A stretch of DNA of 64,000 bases. Source: an uncultured Chloroflexia bacterium (GTDB lineage: Bacteria; Chloroflexota; Limnocylindria; Limnocylindrales; CSP1-4). This document shows positions 9,729-18,377 of the stretch, in pieces. Both the position numbers and the translations under genes were made by a program. The notes beneath the pieces were generated by a model that was given only the letters and a program-made list of their open reading frames with translations, ran no database searches and was not told the DNA's origin. Each line of letters opens with the position of its first letter. The stretch's first letter is position 1. Location of the stretch: NCBI GenBank assembly GCA_963748625.1, contig CAVVJT010000010.1:1216001-1280000 (forward strand). Reading direction: 5' to 3'.

Positions 9729-10478
9729 TCACGGTGTGCGCTCCCGCAGGCGGTACCCCACACCCCGCACCGTCTCGACGAAGCGCGGCAACGCGGGCTC
9801 GTCACCCAGCTTGCGCCGGAGGTTTGCGATGTGGACATCAAGCAGGTGGTCGTCAGCGGCGTACTCCGCACCCCAGACCTGTTCGAGCAGGCTCGAGCGG
9901 GCTTGGACGACGCCCGGCGCCCGGACCAGGACCGCGAGCAGGTTGAACTCCAGGGCCGTCAGTTCGACAGCGGTGCCGTCCACGCGCACCAGATGGCGCG
10001 CAGCATCGACCTCGAGGCCGTCGGGCGCCAGGCCCGCCACGCCCGCAGGGCCCGCGGTGCCCGTCCAGCCCGCGTCGCCCGGACCGCCCGCGGCACCCGC
10101 CCCCGTTCGCGGCCGCCGCAGCAGCGCCTTGATCCGAGCCACCAGCTCCCGCGGCGAGAACGGCTTCACGAGGTAGTCGTCCGCGCCCACGGTCAGGCCC
10201 ATGATCCTGTCGATCTCCTCGCCACGGGCGGTGAGCATGATCACGTAGGCATCGGAGAACGTCCGCAGCTGCCGGCACACCTCGATGCCGTCGAGCCCCG
10301 GGAGCATCACGTCCAGGACGACGACGTCCGGATCTGCCGAGCGCGCCAGCTCGAGGGCGCCATGCCCGTCGGACGCCCGCTCGACGGCCCATCCCTCGCG
10401 AACGAGGTAGCCGGCGACGAGCTCGACGATCGGAGGCTCGTCATCCACGACGAGGATGCGGGCGGGACGCATCTGCAT
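9729..10478 (-). CDS. OmpR-family response regulator
   Basis: ILVVDDE, VVLDVMLPGLDG, GADDYLVKPFSPREL, winged helix ETVRGVGY. Confidence 0.93.
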   Translation of the reverse strand: MQMRPARILVVDDEPPIVELVAGYLVREGWAVERASDGHGALELARSADPDVVVLDVMLPGLDGIEVCRQLRTFSDAYVIMLTARGEEIDRIMGLTVGADDYLVKPFSPRELVARIKALLRRPRTGAGAAGGPGDAGWTGTAGPAGVAGLAPDGLEVDAARHLVRVDGTAVELTALEFNLLAVLVRAPGVVQARSSLLEQVWGAEYAADDHLLDVHIANLRRKLGDEPALPRFVETVRGVGYRLRERTP

Positions 10479-10810
10479 GGGAGGAGTGTGCCACCACAGA
10501 GGCGCGTGCACCCCGTCAACGGACGTCAGGCTCGGGACACCAGGGTCGCATGTCGCCAGATGCCTGGCGGACACCCCTCCGTGCCCCAGGCCGCAGAACG
10601 GAGGTGGCATCACCGGGCGTCGCCCACGACGGCTGCTGCCGTGCGCACCCGGCGCGCACACGGAGCGCTGACGTCGCGGGATGTGCGCCCCGTGCTCCGC
10701 CCGTGCGCTCCGCCAGGGTCCCGAGGGCACGACCTGCGCACCAGCCGCGCATCGAGCGCTCCGGCCGCACCGTGTGGCCGTCCGGCGCGCAGCCGGACGG
10801 CGACCAGGAT

Positions 10811-10857
10811 CCGGAACGGCGCCAGGGCCCGGAACGGCGCCAGGGCCCGGAACGGTG
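10811..10857. repeat. 18-bp tandem repeat, about 2.5 copies
   Basis: CCGGAACGGCGCCAGGGC repeated in intergenic DNA. Confidence 0.7.
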
Positions 10858-10899
10858 CTCCGCAGGCCTCCAACGAAGAGCGAGCAGCGAGGCGGGACT

Positions 10900-11124
10900 C
10901 TAGGACCCGCGAGGGTCGGGTACCCGCTCGAGGATGAGCGCCTTCATCGGGCAGCAGTCGGCGGCGCGCTGGGCATCCGTCAGGCGGTTCCCGGGCAGGG
11001 TGTCGTCAAGCAGGATCGGGTAGCGCCAGTCATCGAGGTCGATGAGCTCGGGCGCCATGTCGGCGCAGGTGCCGTACCCGTCGCACTTGATCCAGTCGAC
11101 CCGCAGGCGCCAGGGCTTACCCAT
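10900..11124 (-). CDS. Small single-cluster ferredoxin
   Basis: VDWIKCDGYGTCADMAPE...AADCCPMKAL; start overlaps the NuoF-like stop. Confidence 0.85.
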   Translation of the reverse strand: MGKPWRLRVDWIKCDGYGTCADMAPELIDLDDWRYPILLDDTLPGNRLTDAQRAADCCPMKALILERVPDPRGS

Positions 11125-12364
11125 GCCCGAGCCTCGAGTGCGTCACCGAGCAGCGGCCGGTGCGCACGTGGTAGGCGATGTCCTCCGAGAAGGTCGTGAA
11201 CGCACTCGCGAGCATCTGGATCGCCCCGTCGGGGTGATGGCACGCCCCCCGTCCGGCGACCATGCCCATCCAGCGGTCGATGTGGTCGAGATCGCGGGCC
11301 TCGGGCGCGCCCTGGGCGATCCGCCGTGTGGCATCGGCGAGGGCGGCCAGGCCGTAGAGACACGGCCCGCACTGGCCCGCACTCTCCCGCGCCAGGAAGC
11401 CGATGATGTCCGACGTCGCCGCGACGCCGCAGGTCCCACGTCCCAGGGCGCCCACGATCCCGCACCCGAACGTGAGCCCGGCGTTGCGCATGTCGACCGG
11501 ATCGAGCGGCAGGTCCCAGGCCGCATCGACCGGTGCCCAAGTGCCGAAGTAGCCACCCAGGATCACGGCCGTCACGGTGTCGCGCCGGCCACCGGCGGCC
11601 TCGAGCACCTCGCCGACGGTCGTGCCCAGCTCGATCTCGCGCACGCCCCCGTCGGCCACCGCGCCCGACACCGTGACCAGTGCCGTGCCCTTGGAGACGA
11701 GGCGTCCGGCCGACCGCCACCAGTCGTCGCCATGGCGCGCGATCAGCGCTGCCGCCGCGAGGCTCTCCACGTTCTGGACGAGGGTCGGGTGGCCGCCGAC
11801 GCCCTTCACCGACATCCGTGGCGGCGTCGTTGTGGGGCGCGCATCGGCCTCATTGATGTAGTGGACAGCCGCGGTGGCCTCGCCCGCGACGTACCCGATC
11901 GGCGCCTCCACGACCCGGATCGGCCGCCGGATCTGGCTCCGCCGCTCCGCGATGGCGGCGGTCATCACGGCCACCGCCCGGGCGTGCTCCGTGCCGATGT
12001 AGACGATGATCTCGTCGGCCCCCACCGCCTCCGCGGCCAGTACCGCCCCGTCGAGCACGAGGTGCGGGCGCTCCGTCATCAGGGCGCGATCCTTGGCGCT
12101 GGGCGGCTCGCCCTCGGCGCCGTTCACCACCACCACCGCGCGGCCCGCCGGGCGCTGGGCCATGGCCCGCCACTTGCGGCCGACGGGGAAGCCCGCGCCG
12201 CCCCGGCCCAGCAGCCCTGACGCCTCGAGCGTGGCGATGACATCGCCGTTGGCCCAGGCGCGAGGGACCGGACCGAGCCTGGCCACGTGGTCGTCGAGGG
12301 ACTCGGGGGCACCCCGCAAGGCCGGGCCACCGAGGAGGCGGGTGTGGGACACAGCTGAGATCAC
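11117..12364 (-). CDS. Stand-alone NuoF-like (NADH-binding FMN/4Fe-4S) protein
   Basis: SGLLGRGGAGFP, NGAEGEP, YVAGEATA, QNVESL, SLBB segment, ESAGQCGPCLYG...GACHHPDG. Confidence 0.85.
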   Translation of the reverse strand: MISAVSHTRLLGGPALRGAPESLDDHVARLGPVPRAWANGDVIATLEASGLLGRGGAGFPVGRKWRAMAQRPAGRAVVVVNGAEGEPPSAKDRALMTERPHLVLDGAVLAAEAVGADEIIVYIGTEHARAVAVMTAAIAERRSQIRRPIRVVEAPIGYVAGEATAAVHYINEADARPTTTPPRMSVKGVGGHPTLVQNVESLAAAALIARHGDDWWRSAGRLVSKGTALVTVSGAVADGGVREIELGTTVGEVLEAAGGRRDTVTAVILGGYFGTWAPVDAAWDLPLDPVDMRNAGLTFGCGIVGALGRGTCGVAATSDIIGFLARESAGQCGPCLYGLAALADATRRIAQGAPEARDLDHIDRWMGMVAGRGACHHPDGAIQMLASAFTTFSEDIAYHVRTGRCSVTHSRLGHG

Positions 12365-12528
12365 GGGCGCTCCTGTGATGCGGGACGCTGAGGAGGGCGA
12401 CGGGCTGACGGGGAACCTTGGACTCCGGCTCCTGTCAGGGTCGCATTCCATCGAGGCGGCTGGCACCCGGAAGGTTTCCCTGCCGGGTGACCCGATGGTC
12501 CCAGCCGCTCCTGTGCTGCCCGCGTGCG

Positions 12529-13836
12529 CTAGATGTGAACCTTCTCAAGAATGCGGACGAGGTAGCGCGACCGGAACTGCTTCGTGGCGAGCACCTGCTT
12601 GGTGGGAGGCAGCTGCATGATGACGGCAATGATCGCGGCCATTGCCCGGTGGCTGACGAGCGCCTTGTTGTCGAAGATGCAGTCGGCGAGGTTGCCGCGC
12701 TCGATCGCCATCAGCACCGAGCGGTGCAGCGTGTCCACCGGCGTGATCACGCGCTGCTGGCGCGGCTCCAGCCACAGGGCGTTGGTCGGACAGACCCGCG
12801 TGCAGACGCCGCAGCCCAGGCAGATCTCCGCGGCCAGCTCAGCCTTCCGCTTGCGCGGCTTCGCCGGATCGTTGGCCGAGACGAGGGTCATCGCCTCCAC
12901 CGGGCACGAGTCCACGCACTTGGCGCAGCCGTTGCAGGTTGCCCCGTCCACGTGGGGCAGGTAGTTGGTGGTGTGGACGGGGTCCAGCCGCCCGAACCGG
13001 CGCTGGGCGATCATCGCCTCGCAGCAGCAGCCGCAGCAGTTGCAGATGAAGGCGACGTCGCGCTGGACGTTCTCGCCGAACTGGACCAGGCGGGCGTCGT
13101 AGGCCTCGGCGAGCAGGTCCCGCCCTTCGGCCTTGTCCACACGTCGGGCATACCCATGACGGATCAACGCGTCGGCCGTGCCCCCGAAGGTCATGCAGAT
13201 GTTCATCGGCGCCGTGCACGCCTTGCCGACGTGCTCCGCCTTGTGGCGGCAGTAGCACATGCCCACGCCCATGTGCTGCGCGGTGTCGATGACCTCGCTG
13301 GCCCGCTCGTAGTCCAGCACGCGGAGCATGGAGCCCATCGTCTCGCCGGTCCGCGGCTTCGCGTCGGCCAGGGCGGGCTCGTTGACGAAGACGCGGCCCA
13401 GCTGGGTGGTGCCGTTGGTGAAGAGGGCGATGATGAAGTCATCCTCGACGGTGATGTACTGCCAGAACAGCTCGGCCAGGAGCTTCTGGTCGATGTCGTC
13501 GCGGACGCGCATCATCGAGAACTCGAAGAAACCGGCCATCGGGGGCGGCAGGATGTAGAGCGTCCCGTTGGGGCCCTCCATGTCGAGGAGGATGCACTTG
13601 TCGGCGAGGCCTTCGAGGACGCCGCGGGCCTCCTTCTCGGAGACGCCCCAGATCTGCGCGGCGCGTTTCGTGGTCACCGGGCGGACGGGCAGGCGGGCGA
13701 CGAGGCGCGCCTCCTTCTCGGTGAACATCAGCGCGAGGATCCGGTAGAGCAGCTCTGACGGTGGTGCCCCCTGCGGCGCCTGGTTCAGGCGCTCCGTCAG
13801 CGCGGCGTACGCGCTTCGGGCGGTGGCGTGGGCCAT
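12529..13836 (-). CDS. 4Fe-4S dicluster-domain protein with extra Cys clusters
   Basis: CYCRHK...C...C, ICNCCGCCC, CNGCAKCVDSCP, CLGCGVCTRVCP; GGAGG before ATG. Confidence 0.85.
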   Translation of the reverse strand: MAHATARSAYAALTERLNQAPQGAPPSELLYRILALMFTEKEARLVARLPVRPVTTKRAAQIWGVSEKEARGVLEGLADKCILLDMEGPNGTLYILPPPMAGFFEFSMMRVRDDIDQKLLAELFWQYITVEDDFIIALFTNGTTQLGRVFVNEPALADAKPRTGETMGSMLRVLDYERASEVIDTAQHMGVGMCYCRHKAEHVGKACTAPMNICMTFGGTADALIRHGYARRVDKAEGRDLLAEAYDARLVQFGENVQRDVAFICNCCGCCCEAMIAQRRFGRLDPVHTTNYLPHVDGATCNGCAKCVDSCPVEAMTLVSANDPAKPRKRKAELAAEICLGCGVCTRVCPTNALWLEPRQQRVITPVDTLHRSVLMAIERGNLADCIFDNKALVSHRAMAAIIAVIMQLPPTKQVLATKQFRSRYLVRILEKVHI

Positions 13837-13926
13837 GGTTCGACCTCCCTGTTGCAGGGTCGATCGTCGGTGCGGGCACGCTGCACGGTGAAGGGCCATC
13901 CGTCGCACCGCGGGTATCCTCCGGGC

Positions 13927-14523
13927 ATGGCGGGGCACGACATCCGGCGGCTCGGTTCGGGCGATCTCGACGAGGTGGTCGACGTGCTGGCTGCCGCGTT
14001 CCTCCGTGATCCGCTGGTCGTGGCGCTGTTTCCGGACGCCGCCGTCCGCGCCCGGGCGACGCCGCACCTCTTCCGTGTGATCCTCGCCGAGGACATCCGT
14101 CGGGGGCGTGTGACGGGCGTGGGAGCACCGCTGGCGGGCGTGGCCGTGTGGCACCTGCCGGGCGACCGGGGACGATCCCTGCGGGGCATCGCCGAGGTGA
14201 CGGTGGGCCAGGTGAGGCTCCTGCGCTGGGCGGGGCGCCTCGCGCAGGCCTGGGAGGTCCAGGAAGGGGTCGAGCGGATGCAGAAGGCCGGCCGCGCGAG
14301 GGAGCGCGCGCACCTGTACTTCCTCGGCGTGCGGCCCTCGTCGCAGGGGACGGGGGTGGGTGGGGCGCTGGTGCGGCCGGTGCTGGCGTCGCATGGGCCC
14401 GCCTGGACCGAGACGATGAACCCCGCGAACGTGGCGCTGTACGAGCACCTCGGGTTCCGCCTGTTCGGGACGCATGACGCGCCGCGGCTGGGGCTGCGGG
14501 TGTGGGCCCTGCAGCGGGACTGA
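13927..14523 (+). CDS. GNAT N-acetyltransferase
   Basis: LYFLGVRPSSQGTGVGGAL, NVALYEHLGF. Confidence 0.85.
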   Translation: MAGHDIRRLGSGDLDEVVDVLAAAFLRDPLVVALFPDAAVRARATPHLFRVILAEDIRRGRVTGVGAPLAGVAVWHLPGDRGRSLRGIAEVTVGQVRLLRWAGRLAQAWEVQEGVERMQKAGRARERAHLYFLGVRPSSQGTGVGGALVRPVLASHGPAWTETMNPANVALYEHLGFRLFGTHDAPRLGLRVWALQRD

Positions 14524-14546
14524 TCCCGGGGTGGCATGCTCTCCAC

Positions 14547-15017
14547 GTGGAGAGTCCCGCCATCCCTGCCGTCCCGGCCGTTCCGGCGTCGTCTGCGGTC
14601 CAGGCCATCGCTGCCGTCCCGGCGCCGCCGCCCGGTCGGTCGCGCGCCGTCCGCGCGGTCCTGCTGGTGGTGGGCACCGTCGCGCTGGGCCTCGGGGTGG
14701 TGGGGATCGTCATCCCGGTGCTCCCCACGACCCCGTTCCTGCTGCTTGCCGCCGCCTGCTACGCCCGGGCCTCGGACCGTCTCTACACGTGGCTGCTGCG
14801 CCAGCGGACCCTGGGGCCGGTGATTGTCCGGTGGCGCGAGTCACGGACGATGGACCAGCGGGTGAAGGTGCGCGCGCTGGTCGTGGTGGTGGTCACGTTC
14901 AGCATGTCCATCGTCCTGGTCGAGGAGGTGGTGATGCGGGCGCTGCTCGCGGTGACCGGCACGATCGTGTCGGTGTTCCTGGCCCGGATCCCGGTGCACC
15001 GGGCGCCGGCCGGCTGA
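14547..15017 (+). CDS. YbaN (DUF454) family membrane protein
   Basis: LGVVGIVIPVLPTTPFLLLAAACYARAS; start uncertain. Confidence 0.85.
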   Translation: MESPAIPAVPAVPASSAVQAIAAVPAPPPGRSRAVRAVLLVVGTVALGLGVVGIVIPVLPTTPFLLLAAACYARASDRLYTWLLRQRTLGPVIVRWRESRTMDQRVKVRALVVVVVTFSMSIVLVEEVVMRALLAVTGTIVSVFLARIPVHRAPAG

Positions 15018-15039
15018 GCCTGGGAGTTCGGGGTTCGCG

Positions 15040-15405
15040 ATGCTGCGGGTCGGCTCGATCGTGATCCGGGTGGACGATCTCGAGCGGCAGGCCGCGTTCT
15101 GGGCGGCGGCGCTGGGCTATGAGCGGGTGGACATGGATGCCGACTTCGTCCTCCTGCGGCCGCCGGCCGGATCGAGCGGGCCGAACGTGTCGCTCGACCG
15201 GGTGCGGTCAGTGGTCCAGGTGCCGCCGCGGATCCACCTCGACCTCTACGCCGACGACCGGGCTGGCCAGGCTGGCGAGGTGGAGCGGCTGGTCTCCCTG
15301 GGGGCCACCCCGGTCGAGTGGTCGAAACGCCCGGCCGACGCCGACTACGTGATCCTCGCCGACCCTGAGGGCAATCGGTTCTGCGTGGTGGACACGGGGA
15401 GCTGA
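15040..15405 (+). CDS. VOC/glyoxalase family protein
   Basis: AAFWAAALGY, RIHLDL, LADPEGNRFCVV. Confidence 0.88.
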   Translation: MLRVGSIVIRVDDLERQAAFWAAALGYERVDMDADFVLLRPPAGSSGPNVSLDRVRSVVQVPPRIHLDLYADDRAGQAGEVERLVSLGATPVEWSKRPADADYVILADPEGNRFCVVDTGS

Positions 15406-15538
15406 GCGGCGCCCGGTGCGTGCCCGGCGCCACTGGTGCCCGGTGTGTGCCCCCCGAGCGGCGCCCACGAGTCACGGAGCGACCGTCCACGCGGAACGCC
15501 CGCGCACACCGCGGGCGCGATCGGTCACCATGCGCGCC

Positions 15539-16336
15539 ATGGGCATCGAGTACACGAAGGACGGCTCGATCGCGACCTTCACGATCGCGAACGGCAAGGT
15601 CAACCCCATCACCCCGGCCATGCACCGCGAGATGGCCCTCGCCATGGCCGACTTCCTCGCGGACCCGGGGCTGCGCGTCGGCATCCTGACCGGCGCCGGC
15701 GAGCGCGCCTTCTCGGCCGGCGACGACATCAAGTCCGAGGACGCCTCCTCCGGATCGGCGGCTGAGGACCTCCTGGGTGCGCTCGGCACGCCGCCCGCCG
15801 ACCCCGCCGACCCCTCTCCGCCAGGCTATGACTTCGCCGACGCGGTCCTCCGGATGGAGCGCACGAAGCCGGTGATCGGCGCGGTCCGCGGCTGGTGCCT
15901 GGGCCGCGGCCTCTTCTACCTGCTTCGCCTGTCGGACATCCGCGTCTGCGCCCCCGATGCCCGGTTCGGCCTGCCTGAGATCGCGTACGGCATGGGCGGC
16001 ATCGGCGGCACCATGCGCCTGGCCCGCTACCTGCCGGCCACCGCCGCCTTCGAGCTGGCGCTCACGGGCGAGCCCATCGGCGCCCACGACGCCCTCCGCC
16101 TGGGACTCGTCAACCGCATCGTCGAGGCCGGGTCGCTCATGGAGGAAGCCCATCGCCTCGCCGGCCTGATCGCGCGCCATCCCCCGCTCGCGGTCCGGAC
16201 GGAGATGGAGGCGATGCGCCGCGCGGAGGATCTCGACGCCGACGACGCCTACACGCTGGGCATGTCGCTGTACCGCCAGCAGCGCCTCGCGATCGGCGAG
16301 AGCGACGTCCAGGAGACGTTCCTCTACAAGAGGTAG
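15539..16336 (+). CDS. Enoyl-CoA hydratase/isomerase family protein
   Basis: AFSAGDDI, KPVIGAVRGWCLGRG, ARFGLPEI, LGLVNRIV. Confidence 0.88.
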   Translation: MGIEYTKDGSIATFTIANGKVNPITPAMHREMALAMADFLADPGLRVGILTGAGERAFSAGDDIKSEDASSGSAAEDLLGALGTPPADPADPSPPGYDFADAVLRMERTKPVIGAVRGWCLGRGLFYLLRLSDIRVCAPDARFGLPEIAYGMGGIGGTMRLARYLPATAAFELALTGEPIGAHDALRLGLVNRIVEAGSLMEEAHRLAGLIARHPPLAVRTEMEAMRRAEDLDADDAYTLGMSLYRQQRLAIGESDVQETFLYKR

Positions 16337-16487
16337 GGCGCACCACACCGCGCCCCGCCGGCGTGACGGGGGCCGACGTGCAGCGGTCATCGTCGGATTC
16401 GACAAGCCGGGGTGCGAGCTCTGCACGAAGTGGGCCGGTTCGCCCCACTTCTGGGGCCCGGGGCCAGGGTGGAACCCGCCGGTCCCC

Positions 16488-16537
16488 TCATCGCCACGCG
16501 TGCACCGCCCCATCATCGCCACGCGTGCGCCGCCCCA
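16488..16537. repeat. 25-bp tandem direct repeat, each unit containing palindrome CACGCGTG
   Basis: TCATCGCCACGCGTGC(A/G)CCGCCCCA x2, 24 of 25 positions identical. Confidence 0.8.
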
Positions 16538-16691
16538 TCGGCATGCGACAAGCGGGCCATCGCGCCCGCCCGGCAGCGGACCCGCGGGCATCCTTGTGCG
16601 ACCGATGGCCCCTCGCGACGATGACGTCCGACAGGCACTCTTGGCATCGCGGCGAGAGTACGCAGGGAGTTGTACGCCACACGAGGGACGA

Positions 16692-17393
16692 TTGAAGACC
16701 AACGGGGCGAACGAGCCGAAGGAGAAGATCGGGGTCCTCCTCGCGATCTTCGAGTTCCCCATGCTCATCGCCGGCTATCAATCGGTGATCGATGGCGAGC
16801 TCGACATGCGGGTCGAGGCCATCGTGCCCAGCCGGGATTCTCTGCAGGGGGCGCTCGCCCACACGAATGCGGACGTGATCGTCGCCGAGTGCCTCCCGTT
16901 CGGCGCTCCGGGGTCGGGCGCATTCGAAGCGATCGAGCAGATCAGGGCCGCGGTCCCCTCCAAGCGCATCCTCGCGCTCGAGTGCCGTGGAGGCAGCGAG
17001 CAGTTCAGCCTTGCCCTCAAGGCCGGCGCGGACGGCTACCTCACCCGTGAGGCGGAGCCCGGCGACCTGGTCAATGCCGTCCGCTCGCTGCAGCGCGGCC
17101 AGACCTACGTCTCCCCTGCGATCGTCACGCGGATGGTGAACACGTACGTGCTGCGCAACCCGGATGCGCCGCTCGAGGACGCCTACTCGAACCTGACCGA
17201 GCGCGAGAAGGAGGTCCTCCTGCTGGCGGCTGTCGGGCACACGAACCGCGAGATCGCCAAGGTGTTCCACCTGTCCGAGCAGACGGTGCACAACTACCGC
17301 GCGAACATCATGGAGAAGCTGGGCTTCCATGACCGCGTGGAGCTGCTCAAGTTCGCGATCCGGCGCGGGATCATCTCGGTGGCCGACCTCTAG
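16692..17393 (+). CDS. NarL/LuxR-family regulator with atypical receiver domain
   Basis: TTG start after GAGGG; LTEREKEVL...TNREIA...SEQTVHNYRANIMEKL HTH; receiver lacks the acidic pocket and phospho-Asp. Confidence 0.85.
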   Translation: MKTNGANEPKEKIGVLLAIFEFPMLIAGYQSVIDGELDMRVEAIVPSRDSLQGALAHTNADVIVAECLPFGAPGSGAFEAIEQIRAAVPSKRILALECRGGSEQFSLALKAGADGYLTREAEPGDLVNAVRSLQRGQTYVSPAIVTRMVNTYVLRNPDAPLEDAYSNLTEREKEVLLLAAVGHTNREIAKVFHLSEQTVHNYRANIMEKLGFHDRVELLKFAIRRGIISVADL

Positions 17394-17410
17394 CATCGCG
17401 CCCGGCGGAT

Positions 17411-17479
17411 GGGCGGCTCGCGCGGCTGGGCGGCTCGCGCGGCTGGGCGGCTCGCGCGGCTGGGCGGCTCGGCGCGGCT
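17411..17479. repeat. 17-bp tandem repeat, about 4 copies
   Basis: GGGCGGCTCGCGCGGCT x3 plus one copy with an extra G, just after the luxR stop. Confidence 0.85.
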
Positions 17480-17509
17480 GGGGGTTCCGGCTCAGGCGCG
17501 GTCAGGCAA

Positions 17510-17649
17510 CCGCCCGGCGGGCCCTACGTGCAGGATTCCGCACACCCTGCCCGCCACGCGACACGGTCGGGCCGAATCGGGCGCGCCACGGGCACAACCT
17601 CTCGCTGAGCGGCACGACTGCGCGAAACTCCGCACACAGTGCCCGCCGG
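17510..17649. repeat. Dispersed ~140-bp palindromic (REP/MITE-like) element, copy 1
   Basis: Imperfect terminal inverted repeats; shares both ends and central GGCCGAATCGGG with the reverse complement of 62521-62660. Confidence 0.55.
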
Positions 17650-17689
17650 GCGGGAAGGTGGCGTGACCTGCCGCAGCCCGGAAACGAAG

Positions 17690-17726
17690 AGTGGCTCCTC
17701 CGGCTCGGGGTTCCGGAGGAGCCACT
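17690..17726 (-). terminator. Intrinsic terminator
   Basis: AGTGGCTCCTCCGG / CCGGAGGAGCCACT 14-bp stem followed on the minus strand by CTTCGTTTC. Confidence 0.75.
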
Positions 17727-17728
17727 TG

Positions 17729-17802
17729 AGGGGTATGCGCATCAGGACGGGCCGACCCCGTCATCGCTATGAGGCACCTCGACGCCCGAAGGTTTCACCC
17801 CT
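17729..17802 (-). ncRNA. Candidate structured RNA (multi-stem junction), family unassigned
   Basis: Closing stem AGGGGT/ACCCCT enclosing hairpins ACCTTCG/CGAGGT and GACGGG/CCCGTC; directly 5' of the terminator. Confidence 0.3.
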
Positions 17803-17810
17803 GGATGGAA

Positions 17811-18341
17811 TCAGGTTGGAACGGCTCCCGGCAGAAGACGCGGAGCACCCCACTCCTCGCGGAGGATGCTGTACATGGCGGTGTCCCGCCACTCACCCCG
17901 CGCGAAGAACGAGCGTCGGATCCGCCCTTCGAACGAGAACCCGACGTTCTCCAGCACGCGGCGCGACGCCACGTTCGCCGGATGCGTCTCGGCCTGGATG
18001 CGCCCGATGTCCTTGTGCAGGAACAGGTAGTCGACGATCAGCTGCACCACCTCCGTGCCTCGCCCGGCCCCGCGCGCCGCCGGCACCAGCTGGTAGCCGA
18101 TCCAGCAGCCGCCGCCGCACTTGCCGTGGGCCACGAACCCGATGGCCCCGCCTGCCTTGTCGCAGACGACATACCAGCGCTCATCCTCGTCGGCCTCGAA
18201 CTCCTTCTCGGCCTGCGCGAGCGACATCTGGCCGAAGCCCTCGAAGTCACCGTTGACGGCGGGGTCGCCGCTCCACTCGACGATCGCCGGCAGATCCGTC
18301 CGCTCCGCGCGACGGATGTCCACGAGCGTGCCCTTGAGCAT
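17811..18341 (-). CDS. RimJ/RimL-type GNAT acetyltransferase
   Basis: IGYQLVPAARGAGRGTE, NVASRRVLENVGFSFEG. Confidence 0.88.
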   Translation of the reverse strand: MLKGTLVDIRRAERTDLPAIVEWSGDPAVNGDFEGFGQMSLAQAEKEFEADEDERWYVVCDKAGGAIGFVAHGKCGGGCWIGYQLVPAARGAGRGTEVVQLIVDYLFLHKDIGRIQAETHPANVASRRVLENVGFSFEGRIRRSFFARGEWRDTAMYSILREEWGAPRLLPGAVPT

Positions 18342-18377
18342 CGTGACTCCTTCCCGGCCCAGGATGCCGGGCCGGTC

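Noticed and set aside
17411-17479. 17-bp repeats as CRISPR or iterons
   Set aside because: Directly adjacent units with no spacers and no rep gene; a simple VNTR.
17729-17802. Hammerhead ribozyme (GAAA and CUGAUG present)
   Set aside because: Core reads CUGAUGC not CUGAUGA, and junction lengths do not fit; kept only as an unassigned RNA candidate.
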